64,000 nucleotides of DNA from an uncultured Gammaproteobacteria bacterium (GTDB taxonomy: Bacteria > Patescibacteriota > Patescibacteriia > Patescibacteriales > GWE2-39-37). Positions 1 to 8,925 of this stretch are shown in pieces. The notes beneath the pieces were generated by a model. It searched no databases. It was not told the origin of the DNA and was given only the letters and a program-made list of their open reading frames with translations. Made by a program: the position numbers and the translations under genes. The stretch spans positions 4,031 to 68,030 of the forward strand of contig CAYUCS010000003.1 in assembly GCA_964443495.1 (NCBI GenBank). Direction: 5' to 3'. Position 1 is the first letter of the stretch, and every line of letters begins with the position of its first letter.

Positions 1-1
1 C

Positions 2-253
2 CGCACTATCGATGAAATGGGTGTCCTCCTGACCCTGAAGATCAACCCGGAAGACATGGGTTACATCATCGGCCGCCGCGGCCAGACCGCACAGGCAATC
101 CGCACTCTGCTGCGCATCGTCGGTGCCAAGAACAATGCCCGCGTCAACCTGAAGATTTATGAACCGGAAGGAGCTCGCAAACCGGCTCGTCGCCAAGAAC
201 CTACCGAAGAAGAGCTGATCGATACATCAGCCCTCGACGACCTCAAGATCTAA
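2..253 (+). CDS. KH-domain RNA-binding protein (UPF0109/YlqC-like), N-terminus outside window
   Basis: The frame is open to the window edge. It has a KH GxxG loop (IGRRGQTAQAIR) and lies upstream of trmD, as in rpsP-KH-rimM-trmD operons. Confidence 0.75.
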   Translation, partial: RTIDEMGVLLTLKINPEDMGYIIGRRGQTAQAIRTLLRIVGAKNNARVNLKIYEPEGARKPARRQEPTEEELIDTSALDDLKI

Positions 254-280
254 ACGTTATCCGTTTCGATATCGAAAAAA

Positions 281-304
281 CCGCACCAATACTGCGGTTT
301 TTTT
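281..304 (+). terminator. Rho-independent terminator
   Basis: Stem ccgca/tgcgg followed by a T7 run, immediately after the KH gene stop. Confidence 0.65.
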
Positions 305-367
305 GTTTCCCTCCTCGTGCTATAATTCAAGCAAGCTCTTTCCATCAAACAAAAGGAGGTGAACAGT

Positions 368-724
368 ATGCAAACTGATCAACGGGCCAAAGAAACACTG
401 ACACTGCAACACCTCAGGACGCACTCGCTCACGAATCTCGGACCGCTTCATCAACGGACTTTCCACAGCTTCGTTTACCACGCCCAGGACCACTATTGCC
501 ATGAACCGCTGATGCTGGTCGAGGTGCCATTCAGGGACGAGCTAGCCATGAAATTCGGCCTCGAAGGCGTCGTCGTGCCGCTGAACTACAGGTCTTGGAG
601 CAACCTGATCTGCATGAACAAAGCTGTTTTCAGGCAAAGTCCCAGCGTCCACATCGTCAACGCCAAAATCCGCGAATCATTCGACATCAGCCAATGCAAC
701 CTGTCCTGCATCAGATTCTGCTAA
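368..724 (+). CDS. hypothetical protein (118 aa)
   Basis: GGAGG at 355-359 sits 8 nt before ATG 368; the track's GTG 359 overlaps the SD. The gene has its own terminator at 739-766. No motif recognised. Confidence 0.5.
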   Translation: MQTDQRAKETLTLQHLRTHSLTNLGPLHQRTFHSFVYHAQDHYCHEPLMLVEVPFRDELAMKFGLEGVVVPLNYRSWSNLICMNKAVFRQSPSVHIVNAKIRESFDISQCNLSCIRFC

Positions 725-738
725 TCACCCACTCTTTC

Positions 739-766
739 GCGGCTGCCTTGGCGGCCGCATTTTTTT
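739..766 (+). terminator. Rho-independent terminator
   Basis: 8-bp GC-rich stem gcggctgc/gcggccgc followed by a T-run. Confidence 0.7.
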
Positions 767-856
767 GGCCAGAAAAAAATCACCGACCATGAAACAACAG
801 TCTTTTCCCCTTGATTTTATCGTATTTACTGCTACAATATAACATCTGAAACATAT

Positions 857-1528
857 ATGAAATTCAAGATTATCACCATATTCCCGGAAATCTTCGACTC
901 TTACATCAACGAGAGCATCATTAAGCGCGCCCAAGAAAAGGGCCTCATCGATATCAAACCTTACAATCTGCGCGACTGGACCGAAGACAACCACAAGACC
1001 GTCGATGACACCCCTTACGGCGGTGGCGCCGGCATGGTCATGAAGATCGAGCCGATTTACAAGGCTCTAAAAGACATCGATCCCGAAGATGATGGTGGCA
1101 AGAAAAAAAAGATAGTTCTCTTGTCTGCCAAAGGAAAAACCTGGAACCAACAATTGGCAAAAAAATATTCCAAACTTGATGAGGTGATTTTCATCTGCGG
1201 CCGTTATGAAGGCGTCGATGAGCGCGTGACCAAGCTGATCGACGAAGAAATCTCGATCGGTGATTACGTCCTGACGGGCGGCGAGCTCGGCACCCTGGTG
1301 ATGATCGACTCGATTACGCGGCTGCTACCCGGCGTGCTCGGCAATGCCGAAAGCGCTGTCCAGGAATCCCACTCCGCTCCCGGCGTCCTCGAATACCCGC
1401 AATACACCCGGCCGGAGGAATTCGAAATCAACGGCAAGAAATACAAAGTCCCCGACGTTCTCCTCTCGGGGCATCACGCTGAAATCGAAGCTTGGAGAAA
1501 AAAAATGAGCAAGAAAAAGACCGCCTAA
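857..1528 (+). CDS. trmD: tRNA (guanine37-N1)-methyltransferase
   Basis: Full-length TrmD pattern: FPEIF, DDTPYGGGAGMVMK, GRYEGVDERV and GGELGTLVMIDSITRLLPGVLG. Confidence 0.95.
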   Translation: MKFKIITIFPEIFDSYINESIIKRAQEKGLIDIKPYNLRDWTEDNHKTVDDTPYGGGAGMVMKIEPIYKALKDIDPEDDGGKKKKIVLLSAKGKTWNQQLAKKYSKLDEVIFICGRYEGVDERVTKLIDEEISIGDYVLTGGELGTLVMIDSITRLLPGVLGNAESAVQESHSAPGVLEYPQYTRPEEFEINGKKYKVPDVLLSGHHAEIEAWRKKMSKKKTA

Positions 1529-1543
1529 AAAAGGCGGTTTTTT
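1519..1543. terminator. bidirectional hairpin terminator shared by trmD and the convergent gene
   Basis: Stem accgcc/ggcggt with the trmD TAA in the loop, an A-run before and a T-run after. Confidence 0.7.
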
Positions 1544-1561
1544 GATGCCCCAAGGACAGGG

Positions 1562-2110
1562 CTAAGAGACATAGGCGCAAAGGCGGCCGCTCGCGTCAGC
1601 CTGGAGATAAACCTGCCCCAATTCACCGGGAGAATCCGGCTCTTCAACCAAAAGCCGCAACGGCTGCGCCCGACGGAAAAAGGCCGGGGTGACTGCCCGA
1701 TGATAAGCATCGAGCTGCCATTTGACCGCGTAGCTAGTGCTGGCGCCGAACTTGGGGGCAAAAAAATCCTGGCCATCCCGGAGCGCATCATACATCTGCA
1801 GCACTTTTTCGGCCGACTGGACTTCGCCGCAGATCTGGCAAGGCAGCTTCTGCATGACGTGATCGACGAACGGCTGAATCTTGCCTCCGTAGAAGTCCGA
1901 AAACAAGGTGCTGATCAGTGACCCGCGAAGATGCTTCAAATCCAGAACCCAAAGGAGGGTGCTGAAATCGGTCGGGTCGGTCAGGCTGCTGATGTGGGTC
2001 AAATTTCGCTCTGTAACGGCGTCATTTTGGCTGATTACGGCTATTGCCGTATAGATGTCCTCCTCGGCAGTAATCGAAGGTAAAAGCAGCGATCTGAAAT
2101 GAGCGGGCAT
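1562..2110 (-). CDS. hypothetical protein (182 aa)
   Basis: SD AGGAAGGTG lies 4 nt upstream of the ATG and the composition is protein-like. No family recognised. Confidence 0.55.
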   Translation of the reverse strand: MPAHFRSLLLPSITAEEDIYTAIAVISQNDAVTERNLTHISSLTDPTDFSTLLWVLDLKHLRGSLISTLFSDFYGGKIQPFVDHVMQKLPCQICGEVQSAEKVLQMYDALRDGQDFFAPKFGASTSYAVKWQLDAYHRAVTPAFFRRAQPLRLLVEEPDSPGELGQVYLQADASGRLCAYVS

Positions 2111-2235
2111 AACGCACCTTCCTTTCTTGGCAATGAACCAAAGACCATTTGATAATATTGTATGCTTGGCCTAGAAAAAAGTCAAAAAATATTAAATATT
2201 ATTGGCTAAAATTAAATAAAAAAAGCCAAAATATA

Positions 2236-2264
2236 TTGACAATACCTTATTTTTATGCTATATT
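2236..2264 (+). promoter_or_regulatory. sigma70-type promoter TTGACA-N17-TATATT with TGC extended -10
   Basis: Perfect -35 at 2236-2241, 17-nt spacer ending in tgc, and -10 at 2259-2264. Confidence 0.6.
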
Positions 2265-2409
2265 AGGATATTAAAATCGGCCATGATGTACCATAAACCC
2301 CTTCTGAGGGTTTTCGCCGTCTATATATAGACTACCCGTACACGGTCCGATCGGACCTTGAAAATTTAAAAAAACCAACAAAAAAAACAGTCCTAAGGAG
2401 GGACCCGTC

Positions 2410-4392
2410 ATGGCCATCGAACTCAAAGTCGTCAACACCACTATCGTACCCCCGGCAAAACACGGGGACGAAACCAAGGTCACCTTGGAAATCGAAGTAA
2501 CTGAAAACAGTCAGCCGAAAACAGGCGTCGGTCTGGGCATGTCATTTAAGCCCAAAGATTTTGACACAATGCCGGACGCCAAGAAGACGAAGATCCTTAC
2601 CCCGCCAGTCAGCGCCACAACAGACGCGGATGGCAAAGCCACGATCAAGTTTGAGAGCCGAAACCGTTCGGTCTCTAACATCTTCATCGTAGGCGAAGGA
2701 GAGGTATTCGAGGTGCAAGTTGACCTCAAACCCAAGAAAACGGCAACTGCTCCCGCAACCCCGACTACGGCACCGCCCGCAACCCCTGCAGCTCCGACAC
2801 CTTCGCTGCTGTTAGGCACCAAGGCGACATTCGACAACACTGGCAAATGCCAACTGCTTATCCAGGTAGTAGACCGGGCCGGCAAAGGGATCAAGATGGA
2901 TCTAGTGATCGCCTCCGAAGGAGCTTTCTACCAAGCGAAGACTGACAAGGATGGGAAAGCTGTTTTCGATTGTCCGCGCGCTTTCAAGCGAGGCGAGGAG
3001 ATTAAGTTCGGAATAACCGGTAAAAACCTGACAGGAAGAGAATTCACAGTAAGCCGTCCAGCCGCTGCACAACCCAAAACCAGCCTCAAGGCCCACGTGC
3101 TTAGCAATGCAAGAGGCAGGTTTTCGATCAAGGTGCGCGTCACCGACGAAGCTGGAAACGGGCTGAAGACTAGCGTCTATCTCTCCTCTGAAAACCTGAG
3201 GCACGAAGTCAAGACAGACAAGTCCGGCGAAGCGGTCTTCAACTACCCGCGAACCATCGCGAGGAACGAATCACTCCCGGTCGTCATCTCGGTGCCGGGC
3301 ATAACGGAACAAGAGACGGTAATCTTGTCTCACGTACCGCTGCCCAAGACGGATCCCGTACAGCTGAACGTGCGCCAGAGCCATGACGGCTTCGGCAACT
3401 ACACCGTCTTTTTCCGCATCACGGACCACGACGGCAACGGCCTGGAGGAAATGGTAACGATCAATTACCGCGACCGCCAGATCAACGTCAAAGCCGATTG
3501 TCACGGACAAGCCTCGTGGCAATGTCCCGACAACATCCAGCCAGGCTGCGAAGAGGCGGTGACCGCTGCGGTTTCAGGAATAACGGAAACCGCGACTATC
3601 AAGCTGCGTCGACGCAGCTGCCTGCCGCCGATGCCGAGCAAACGCTCCTTGAGATGGTGGTTCGGAGTCAACAACGGCCGGGCGATAATCTTCTTGGCCA
3701 TCATGGTGACATTTTGGATCAAGTGCTATTCGACCATTCCTGACGGACCGATCATTCACAAGCCCACCCAGCAGACCGTGGCGGAACACAACTTCGACGA
3801 GGTCACTAAGCTAGTCGAAGCCGCCAGGACGAAAAACTTGGCACAATTGGATAAGGCCCCGAACTTCATTAGCCAACTTGGCAGCCAACCGACAGCCAAG
3901 GATAGCAAGAAGCCGGATAACGGCAAACTGTATCTGTTTACCATCATCTGGACCGTGTTCACCTTCATCTACGCTATCCTGTCGCTACGGGAAGAGTTTG
4001 CCGACGGACTCGGCGAGGTCATCGAAAAGATGCGCTCCGATGAGAAAATGGCAAACGACCCGCTAGTCGAAAGGCTCGCAGCCAGATTGGACATCCACAA
4101 GTACGATGACCACTCGGCCAGGGCAACCTCATCGCCCGCCCCGAAGCCGGCCCAACCCGTCACGACCGATCCAGCTGGTGCCACGACAACCGCCCCAGAC
4201 GCCGCTGGCACCACCCCTGCACCCGCCCAACCGGCAACTTCGCAAGCTGAACAGCGAGCAGAAGCCAAGGAAAGACGGGATGTCGAGGAAATTAAGAAGC
4301 GCGTCGGCTTCTGGGAACAGTTCAAGGTTGAAACCTTTGCAGAGATTGCAGTAGCAGCAATACCAAAAATTCTAGCGCGGATCTTCCGCTGA
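2410..4392 (+). CDS. Ig-like/Big-type repeat protein with two C-proximal TM helices and Pro/Thr/Ala linkers
   Basis: SD AAGGAGGG precedes the start. About four ~85-aa repeats each carry T-D-[KA]-[DS]-G-[KE]-A-[VT]-[FI], and two hydrophobic segments are present (AIIFLAIMVTFWI, LYLFTIIWTVFTFIYAILSL). No N-terminal signal peptide. Confidence 0.6.
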   Translation: MAIELKVVNTTIVPPAKHGDETKVTLEIEVTENSQPKTGVGLGMSFKPKDFDTMPDAKKTKILTPPVSATTDADGKATIKFESRNRSVSNIFIVGEGEVFEVQVDLKPKKTATAPATPTTAPPATPAAPTPSLLLGTKATFDNTGKCQLLIQVVDRAGKGIKMDLVIASEGAFYQAKTDKDGKAVFDCPRAFKRGEEIKFGITGKNLTGREFTVSRPAAAQPKTSLKAHVLSNARGRFSIKVRVTDEAGNGLKTSVYLSSENLRHEVKTDKSGEAVFNYPRTIARNESLPVVISVPGITEQETVILSHVPLPKTDPVQLNVRQSHDGFGNYTVFFRITDHDGNGLEEMVTINYRDRQINVKADCHGQASWQCPDNIQPGCEEAVTAAVSGITETATIKLRRRSCLPPMPSKRSLRWWFGVNNGRAIIFLAIMVTFWIKCYSTIPDGPIIHKPTQQTVAEHNFDEVTKLVEAARTKNLAQLDKAPNFISQLGSQPTAKDSKKPDNGKLYLFTIIWTVFTFIYAILSLREEFADGLGEVIEKMRSDEKMANDPLVERLAARLDIHKYDDHSARATSSPAPKPAQPVTTDPAGATTTAPDAAGTTPAPAQPATSQAEQRAEAKERRDVEEIKKRVGFWEQFKVETFAEIAVAAIPKILARIFR

Positions 4393-4407
4393 TAGAGGAG
4401 AGAAATC

Positions 4408-5256
4408 ATGAAAATGCTGCCTGAACGTACTATGCCGAGCGAAATCTACAAGCTCGGTTTCCGCGCCACCCTGATCGGCATTCTTGGCGCCACCGCACTG
4501 CGCCTAGTCTTCGGACTCCCCTGGCTTATGAGCTTCACGCTCGTCGTCACTCTCGTCTTTCTGGACGGATTCGTCGAGAGTTCGAAATGGAAAGAAAGGC
4601 TCATCCGCGGCGGCATCGCGATCTGCCTGATCGCTCTGCTGAACATAACTGTTTGGCCGATCGGCAAGTCGATCTTCGCCTCCTATTTCCCGATTGCCTC
4701 GGCGACACTGGCCAGGGCTAAAATGGGAACAGAAATGTGGTTCGCCAAGAAGATCGACAGCCCTGCTGTCGAAGCCAAGAGCGTGCTCTTCAGAGCTAAT
4801 GAAGAGTACGAGAAAAAGGACCTGTCACGTGAGGTGGCAAAGAAAATCGCTACTGGCGATAGTGAAGGCGCAGCGGAACTTATCCGCGCCCACCAGGAAA
4901 AGCGAGCCCAGATCGAGGCATCACTCAATCCCGAATCTGCCGGCAGTAAAACCTCCGGCCCAGGATTAATGGATAAGGCCAAAAAATTGTTTGATTGGTC
5001 AGGAAAATCTACAACACCTGGCCAGACATTACGAGGACAAAACGTCCACCTGCTTCTCAAGCCCGGTGAAGAAACTGGACAATTCGAAATACCGCTAGGT
5101 ATTTTGTACGACATTTATTCCAATCCTGGCAGTAACTACAAGTTCGTAACCCCTGACGGCCGAGAGTATGATAAAAATGCTCAAAATATAGGCCGATTTT
5201 TCAAAATCAGGGCATTATCTGACTGTGAAATTGAAATGCAAAAAAAACAAGCTTAA
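4408..5256 (+). CDS. membrane protein with a C-terminal ~65-aa domain shared with the next gene
   Basis: SD AGAGGAGAG precedes the start. About four N-terminal TM segments are present, plus C-terminal motifs GSNYKFVTPDG and FFKIRAL. Confidence 0.55.
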   Translation: MKMLPERTMPSEIYKLGFRATLIGILGATALRLVFGLPWLMSFTLVVTLVFLDGFVESSKWKERLIRGGIAICLIALLNITVWPIGKSIFASYFPIASATLARAKMGTEMWFAKKIDSPAVEAKSVLFRANEEYEKKDLSREVAKKIATGDSEGAAELIRAHQEKRAQIEASLNPESAGSKTSGPGLMDKAKKLFDWSGKSTTPGQTLRGQNVHLLLKPGEETGQFEIPLGILYDIYSNPGSNYKFVTPDGREYDKNAQNIGRFFKIRALSDCEIEMQKKQA

Positions 5257-5273
5257 GCTCATTCCCAACCGTG

Positions 5274-5303
5274 GAGGGCGACACCGAGTCGCCCTCTTTT
5301 TTT
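5274..5303 (+). terminator. Rho-independent terminator
   Basis: 9-bp stem gagggcgac/gtcgccctc followed by T7. Confidence 0.8.
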
Positions 5304-5337
5304 ATGTAAATAAAACAGGGGTAAAATACGACACCTA

Positions 5338-5366
5338 TTGACTTTTACGCATAAATATGCTTTACT
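5338..5366 (+). promoter_or_regulatory. promoter TTGACT-N17-TTTACT (TGC extended -10)
   Basis: Same spacing and the same aatatgc spacer end as the other promoters in the window. Confidence 0.5.
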
Positions 5367-5447
5367 TAAGATAATTTGTTCCATAAAAACTCCATCAAAG
5401 CACATTTGATAACAAAAAAACCAAAAAACGAAAGGGAGGGTCCAGTC

Positions 5448-6443
5448 ATGAAAACGAGGTCGATTTTAGTATCGGGTGTTTTCTTTTTTTTCGCCATCTG
5501 TTTTGGCACTAACGCATCGGCGGCAACCGTCAAAGACGCCGAGGGCTTCATGAAGGCCGGTCAATACCCGCAAGCCATCGCCATTCTGGAAGGCATCACG
5601 GAAAAGAACCCCGCCAACGCCCTGGCCCAATACGAGCTTGGCAACTGCTACGCCATGTCGAGAAGGCTGGGACAAGCCGAAGAGCGCTTCAAAGCTGCAA
5701 CCAAGCTTGATCCCAAGTACGGGCAAAAGATTGCCAGCGTTTTCAAGCTGGCTGGCCGCAACGCCCTGAACAACGGGCTCAACCCCGAAGCGCAGCTTCT
5801 ATACCTTAAGGCGGTCGAGTACCAGCCGTCCTTACGGCAACCTCTGGCCGACGAACTCTACAAGGAAGGTGAGGGTTTGGTCAGGAGCGGACTTCTGGGT
5901 CTGGAAGATGGCAAATTCACTATCGCTGGCGCCCTTAGCGCCAAAACCGCCGACCAGATCTGCAAGCTCTATACCGGACTCGGCGACAAAGCTGACGATG
6001 ACAACTGTCCCCTCTTCTACCTCAAAGGCCGCAGCTTCTGCCAAGGCTACAATGAAAAAACCGGGCAAAGGCTGATTGGCATCGCCCAAAAATTGGCCAA
6101 ACAACCCGGCCGCGAGCAACAGACCAAAGTTTACAAGGAGGTTGCTTCAATTTTTCTTGGCGACCAATACGTTGACAATCAACTTCCAGAAGTCATGAGG
6201 GTGTCCAGCGAAACATACATCGAATTCACTCTCGAAAAAGATGAACAATCGCCCTACTGGATAGAAAGCAAGGCTGGAGGACCTATCAACATACTGAGCA
6301 GCCAAGGGTCATCCTACAAAATAATTACCAAGGATGGTGAAGTGTTTAAAAAGGGTGAAAAAATCGACACCATCAATTCACCTTTCAGAATCATTGCTCT
6401 TGCCCCCAGTATAGTGGCAGTAGATATCAAGAAAAAAAAATAG
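5448..6443 (+). CDS. secreted TPR-repeat protein with the shared C-terminal domain
   Basis: GGGAGGG SD before ATG 5448; the track start at 5376 has no SD. Signal peptide MKTRSILVSGVFFFFAICFGTNASA, TPR-like AQYELGNCYAMSRRLGQAEERFKAATKLDPKY, and C-terminal GSSYKIITKDG and FRIIAL. Confidence 0.65.
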   Translation: MKTRSILVSGVFFFFAICFGTNASAATVKDAEGFMKAGQYPQAIAILEGITEKNPANALAQYELGNCYAMSRRLGQAEERFKAATKLDPKYGQKIASVFKLAGRNALNNGLNPEAQLLYLKAVEYQPSLRQPLADELYKEGEGLVRSGLLGLEDGKFTIAGALSAKTADQICKLYTGLGDKADDDNCPLFYLKGRSFCQGYNEKTGQRLIGIAQKLAKQPGREQQTKVYKEVASIFLGDQYVDNQLPEVMRVSSETYIEFTLEKDEQSPYWIESKAGGPINILSSQGSSYKIITKDGEVFKKGEKIDTINSPFRIIALAPSIVAVDIKKKK

Positions 6444-6451
6444 TCACTTTC

Positions 6452-6483
6452 AGCGCCTGGAAAACCGGGCGCTTCTTTTTTTT
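6452..6483 (+). terminator. Rho-independent terminator
   Basis: 9-bp stem agcgcctgg/ccgggcgct followed by a long T-run. Confidence 0.8.
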
Positions 6484-6520
6484 AAAAATTTGTGCTTTAA
6501 TATATATACAATATACTTTT

Positions 6521-6916
6521 ATGAAAAAAATTAATTACTACTTATTTTTCTTTATCGCTCTTTTTGCTTATTTTTACCTTAGCAACAACATTGCTCTCGC
6601 TGGAACAGCAGGGCTAAGCCAAGACACAACGATTGGGCAACAGAATTCTGGCGTCGTAACCCTTAACCCAGCCGTCAATGTCGGCTCACCACAGCAATTC
6701 ATCGGCCGCATCATCAACTCTGCCCTCGGCATCGTCGGTTCCCTGGCATTGCTCATGTTCATCTACGGTGGTTTTGTCTGGCTGACCAGTGCTGGCAGCT
6801 CTGACAAAGTCACCAAGGGTAAAAATATTTTGGTTTGGGCCACTATCGGTCTGGTAGTTATCTTCATGTCCTACGGTGCCACCAAGTTCGTCCTGGATAA
6901 AATCACTGCAACCTAG
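6521..6916 (+). CDS. VirB2/TrbC-like two-helix pilin-type membrane protein, paralog P1
   Basis: Signal peptide, variable N-terminal region, then the core IYGGFVWLTSAGSSDKVTKGKNILVWATIGLVVIFMSYGA. Confidence 0.6.
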   Translation: MKKINYYLFFFIALFAYFYLSNNIALAGTAGLSQDTTIGQQNSGVVTLNPAVNVGSPQQFIGRIINSALGIVGSLALLMFIYGGFVWLTSAGSSDKVTKGKNILVWATIGLVVIFMSYGATKFVLDKITAT

Positions 6917-6961
6917 TTTGCTTATATATATTCACGCTAGGCTTTGGAATCCCGCAAAAGC

Positions 6962-6993
6962 AAAAACGACCCATCTTTAAGTGGGTCGTTTTT
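6962..6993. terminator. bidirectional terminator
   Basis: Stem cgaccca/tgggtcg flanked by A5 and T5, lying between convergent genes. Confidence 0.75.
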
Positions 6994-7010
6994 GAATATT
7001 TCAATCAGTA

Positions 7011-7880
7011 CTATTCGATGAGCAAGGCTGCGCCAATGGCTCCTGAAAGCTTGCCTAGCTTGCTTTTGACCAATTTAGCTTCCTTGGCCAAGGGACTCAA
7101 AACCAGCTCCTTATAGACCTTCTTGGCCTTGGGCAGAAACAGGTCGGCCGACTGGACGGCTCCGCCTCCAACCACTATGACTTCCGGTTCGATCAAGTTG
7201 ATGATATTGGTCAAGGCCGTGCCAAGGATCAAGCCGAACTCGCCAAAAACCTCCTCAGCCAGACGATCGCCGCGATAGGCCTCCTCGGCCAAGATGGCCG
7301 GGTTGTTCTGAGTCAGCTTGTGATAGGCCGCTTCTAACCTAATCCCGGTACGATAATCTATTATCATGCTGCCCGGTTCGTTGGCAGAGCCGAAGGCACC
7401 TTCATACACGCGGTCATTCACCCACCAGCCGCCGCCGATGCCCGTGCCGATGATCATGCCATAGACATTGCTGTATTTCTTGCCAGCCCCCAGCTTGACC
7501 TCGGCTCGGACGAAGCAGTTGGCATCATTATCTATTTTGACATTCAATTCTGGATCAATCTTTTCCTTGATCAGATCGACGATTTTCAAGTTGACCAGAA
7601 CCGGAGTATTCGGCGATGCGAGAACTTTTCCCTCTTTCAGATCAAGAGCGCCCGGCAAACCGATGCCGATTCCCTTCACCCTCACTTTGTCCTTTTTTGC
7701 CCGATCGAACAACGGTTCGACCAAAGCCTTGAGCATGGCCGTGAACTTGGCCAAATCATCCTTGGGCGTAGCCAAGGTATAATCAGCGATCACTCGACTG
7801 CCGTTCAGCAGGATGGCGCTCATCTTGGTGCCGCCGATGTCGATGCCGATGACGTATTCGATTTTGCTTTCCTTAAGCAT
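7011..7880 (-). CDS. ROK-family sugar kinase (glucokinase-like)
   Basis: Motifs IGIDIGGTKM, GIGLPGALD and DNDANCF; the length is typical of ROK kinases. Confidence 0.8.
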   Translation of the reverse strand: MLKESKIEYVIGIDIGGTKMSAILLNGSRVIADYTLATPKDDLAKFTAMLKALVEPLFDRAKKDKVRVKGIGIGLPGALDLKEGKVLASPNTPVLVNLKIVDLIKEKIDPELNVKIDNDANCFVRAEVKLGAGKKYSNVYGMIIGTGIGGGWWVNDRVYEGAFGSANEPGSMIIDYRTGIRLEAAYHKLTQNNPAILAEEAYRGDRLAEEVFGEFGLILGTALTNIINLIEPEVIVVGGGAVQSADLFLPKAKKVYKELVLSPLAKEAKLVKSKLGKLSGAIGAALLIE

Positions 7881-7889
7881 AGGATTATC

Positions 7890-8924
7890 TTATTGTTTCG
7901 TAATCACGTTTCGTCCGTACAGCGCCTTGGCCTCCTGCCAGAAATCCGGACGGTTATTGTTCATCTTTTCCCAATACCACCACTCAACACCCCAGAGATA
8001 AAACTCTTTGAAGCCGGCCTGCTGAGCAAAATCAATGATTTCAGTGAACTTTTGAGGACTCATCGTCTTGTCTCGTTCTGCCTGGCTGACATTCTGATAC
8101 GGCACCGGCGCCCACGGTTCGGCCTGCAGCTCGATGACGATCCAGTTCTTCGGACGGGCGAACAGGCTGGCCAGGTTGCGCTTAGCCCGGAAAAAAGCCG
8201 GGGTTATCGGATAATGGACATAACTGTCCAAAAGGCTGGAATATGTATCGCGATACATGGTGGTGCCGAAGATGTCGGCTCGACGTGCGGCAGGCACCCA
8301 GAATGACAATTCGCCAGAATCGGTCACGACGATTGGCTTGCCCGGCGCCATCCGGCGCACCAGGGCGATTTCCTGATCCAGAAAATCCGGATCAAGTTCG
8401 GGGCACTCGCCGAAATGCGACAAGAACGGCTCGTTTTCCACCTGCCAAGCGACGATAGATCGGTTATCTTTGTAACGATTGACGACTTGGGCGATATAAT
8501 TCAATATCTTCTCCTCCCTTTCGGCTTTTGTCAAATTCTTGGTCCACTCCGGCAAATGGCACTCCGGCCAACGGGGCAGCCTCGCTCCCACGGCCAAAAT
8601 GACATTGTTGCCGCGCAGCGTGCTTTGGTCCATCAGCCAGTCGAGCTCATCCCAAGAAGTCCGCCCGTTAGCAGGTTCGACTTGGTCCCAGTACGCTGAA
8701 AGCCGCCAATTCTTGATTTTCAACTCATCGTTTGCGGCTAAAAAAGTGTTTTGCCAGTCGAGCCCGAGGGCGCGTGCGTGCTTTGGAGAATATGTAGCTC
8801 CGTAAGATAACTCTTCATGCCGATAAATCTTGCCGAAACTGAAAATCAGCAAAACTACCAGAATGCCAAACACAACGAGTCCGACATTCTTGAATACTAC
8901 GAATCGATGCCACCACTTAGTCAT
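7890..8924 (-). CDS. membrane-anchored clan GH-A (GH5/GH42-like) glycoside hydrolase
   Basis: N-terminal TM segment VGLVVFGILVVLLIF, WDQVEPANGRTSWDELDWLMD, and the catalytic-type motif WQVENEP. ATG 8924 lies 1 nt after the upstream pilin stop; the track extension to 8990 overlaps that gene. Confidence 0.6.
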   Translation of the reverse strand: MTKWWHRFVVFKNVGLVVFGILVVLLIFSFGKIYRHEELSYGATYSPKHARALGLDWQNTFLAANDELKIKNWRLSAYWDQVEPANGRTSWDELDWLMDQSTLRGNNVILAVGARLPRWPECHLPEWTKNLTKAEREEKILNYIAQVVNRYKDNRSIVAWQVENEPFLSHFGECPELDPDFLDQEIALVRRMAPGKPIVVTDSGELSFWVPAARRADIFGTTMYRDTYSSLLDSYVHYPITPAFFRAKRNLASLFARPKNWIVIELQAEPWAPVPYQNVSQAERDKTMSPQKFTEIIDFAQQAGFKEFYLWGVEWWYWEKMNNNRPDFWQEAKALYGRNVITKQ

Positions 8925-8925
8925 T

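Noticed and set aside
5376-5447. N-terminal extensions of track ORFs (5376, 7890-8990, 12108, 17929, 18828, 21785, 25996-26529, 37321, 39288, 33642, 16271)
   Set aside because: In each case an internal ATG is preceded by an SD or promoter, yields a canonical N-terminus (signal peptide, TM anchor or HTH), or removes overlap with the upstream gene.
5466-5476. T8 homopolymer in the signal-peptide codons of the TPR protein as a phase-variation switch
   Set aside because: It encodes the FFFF hydrophobic core naturally, is a single tract of modest length, and there is no evidence of length variation from one sequence.
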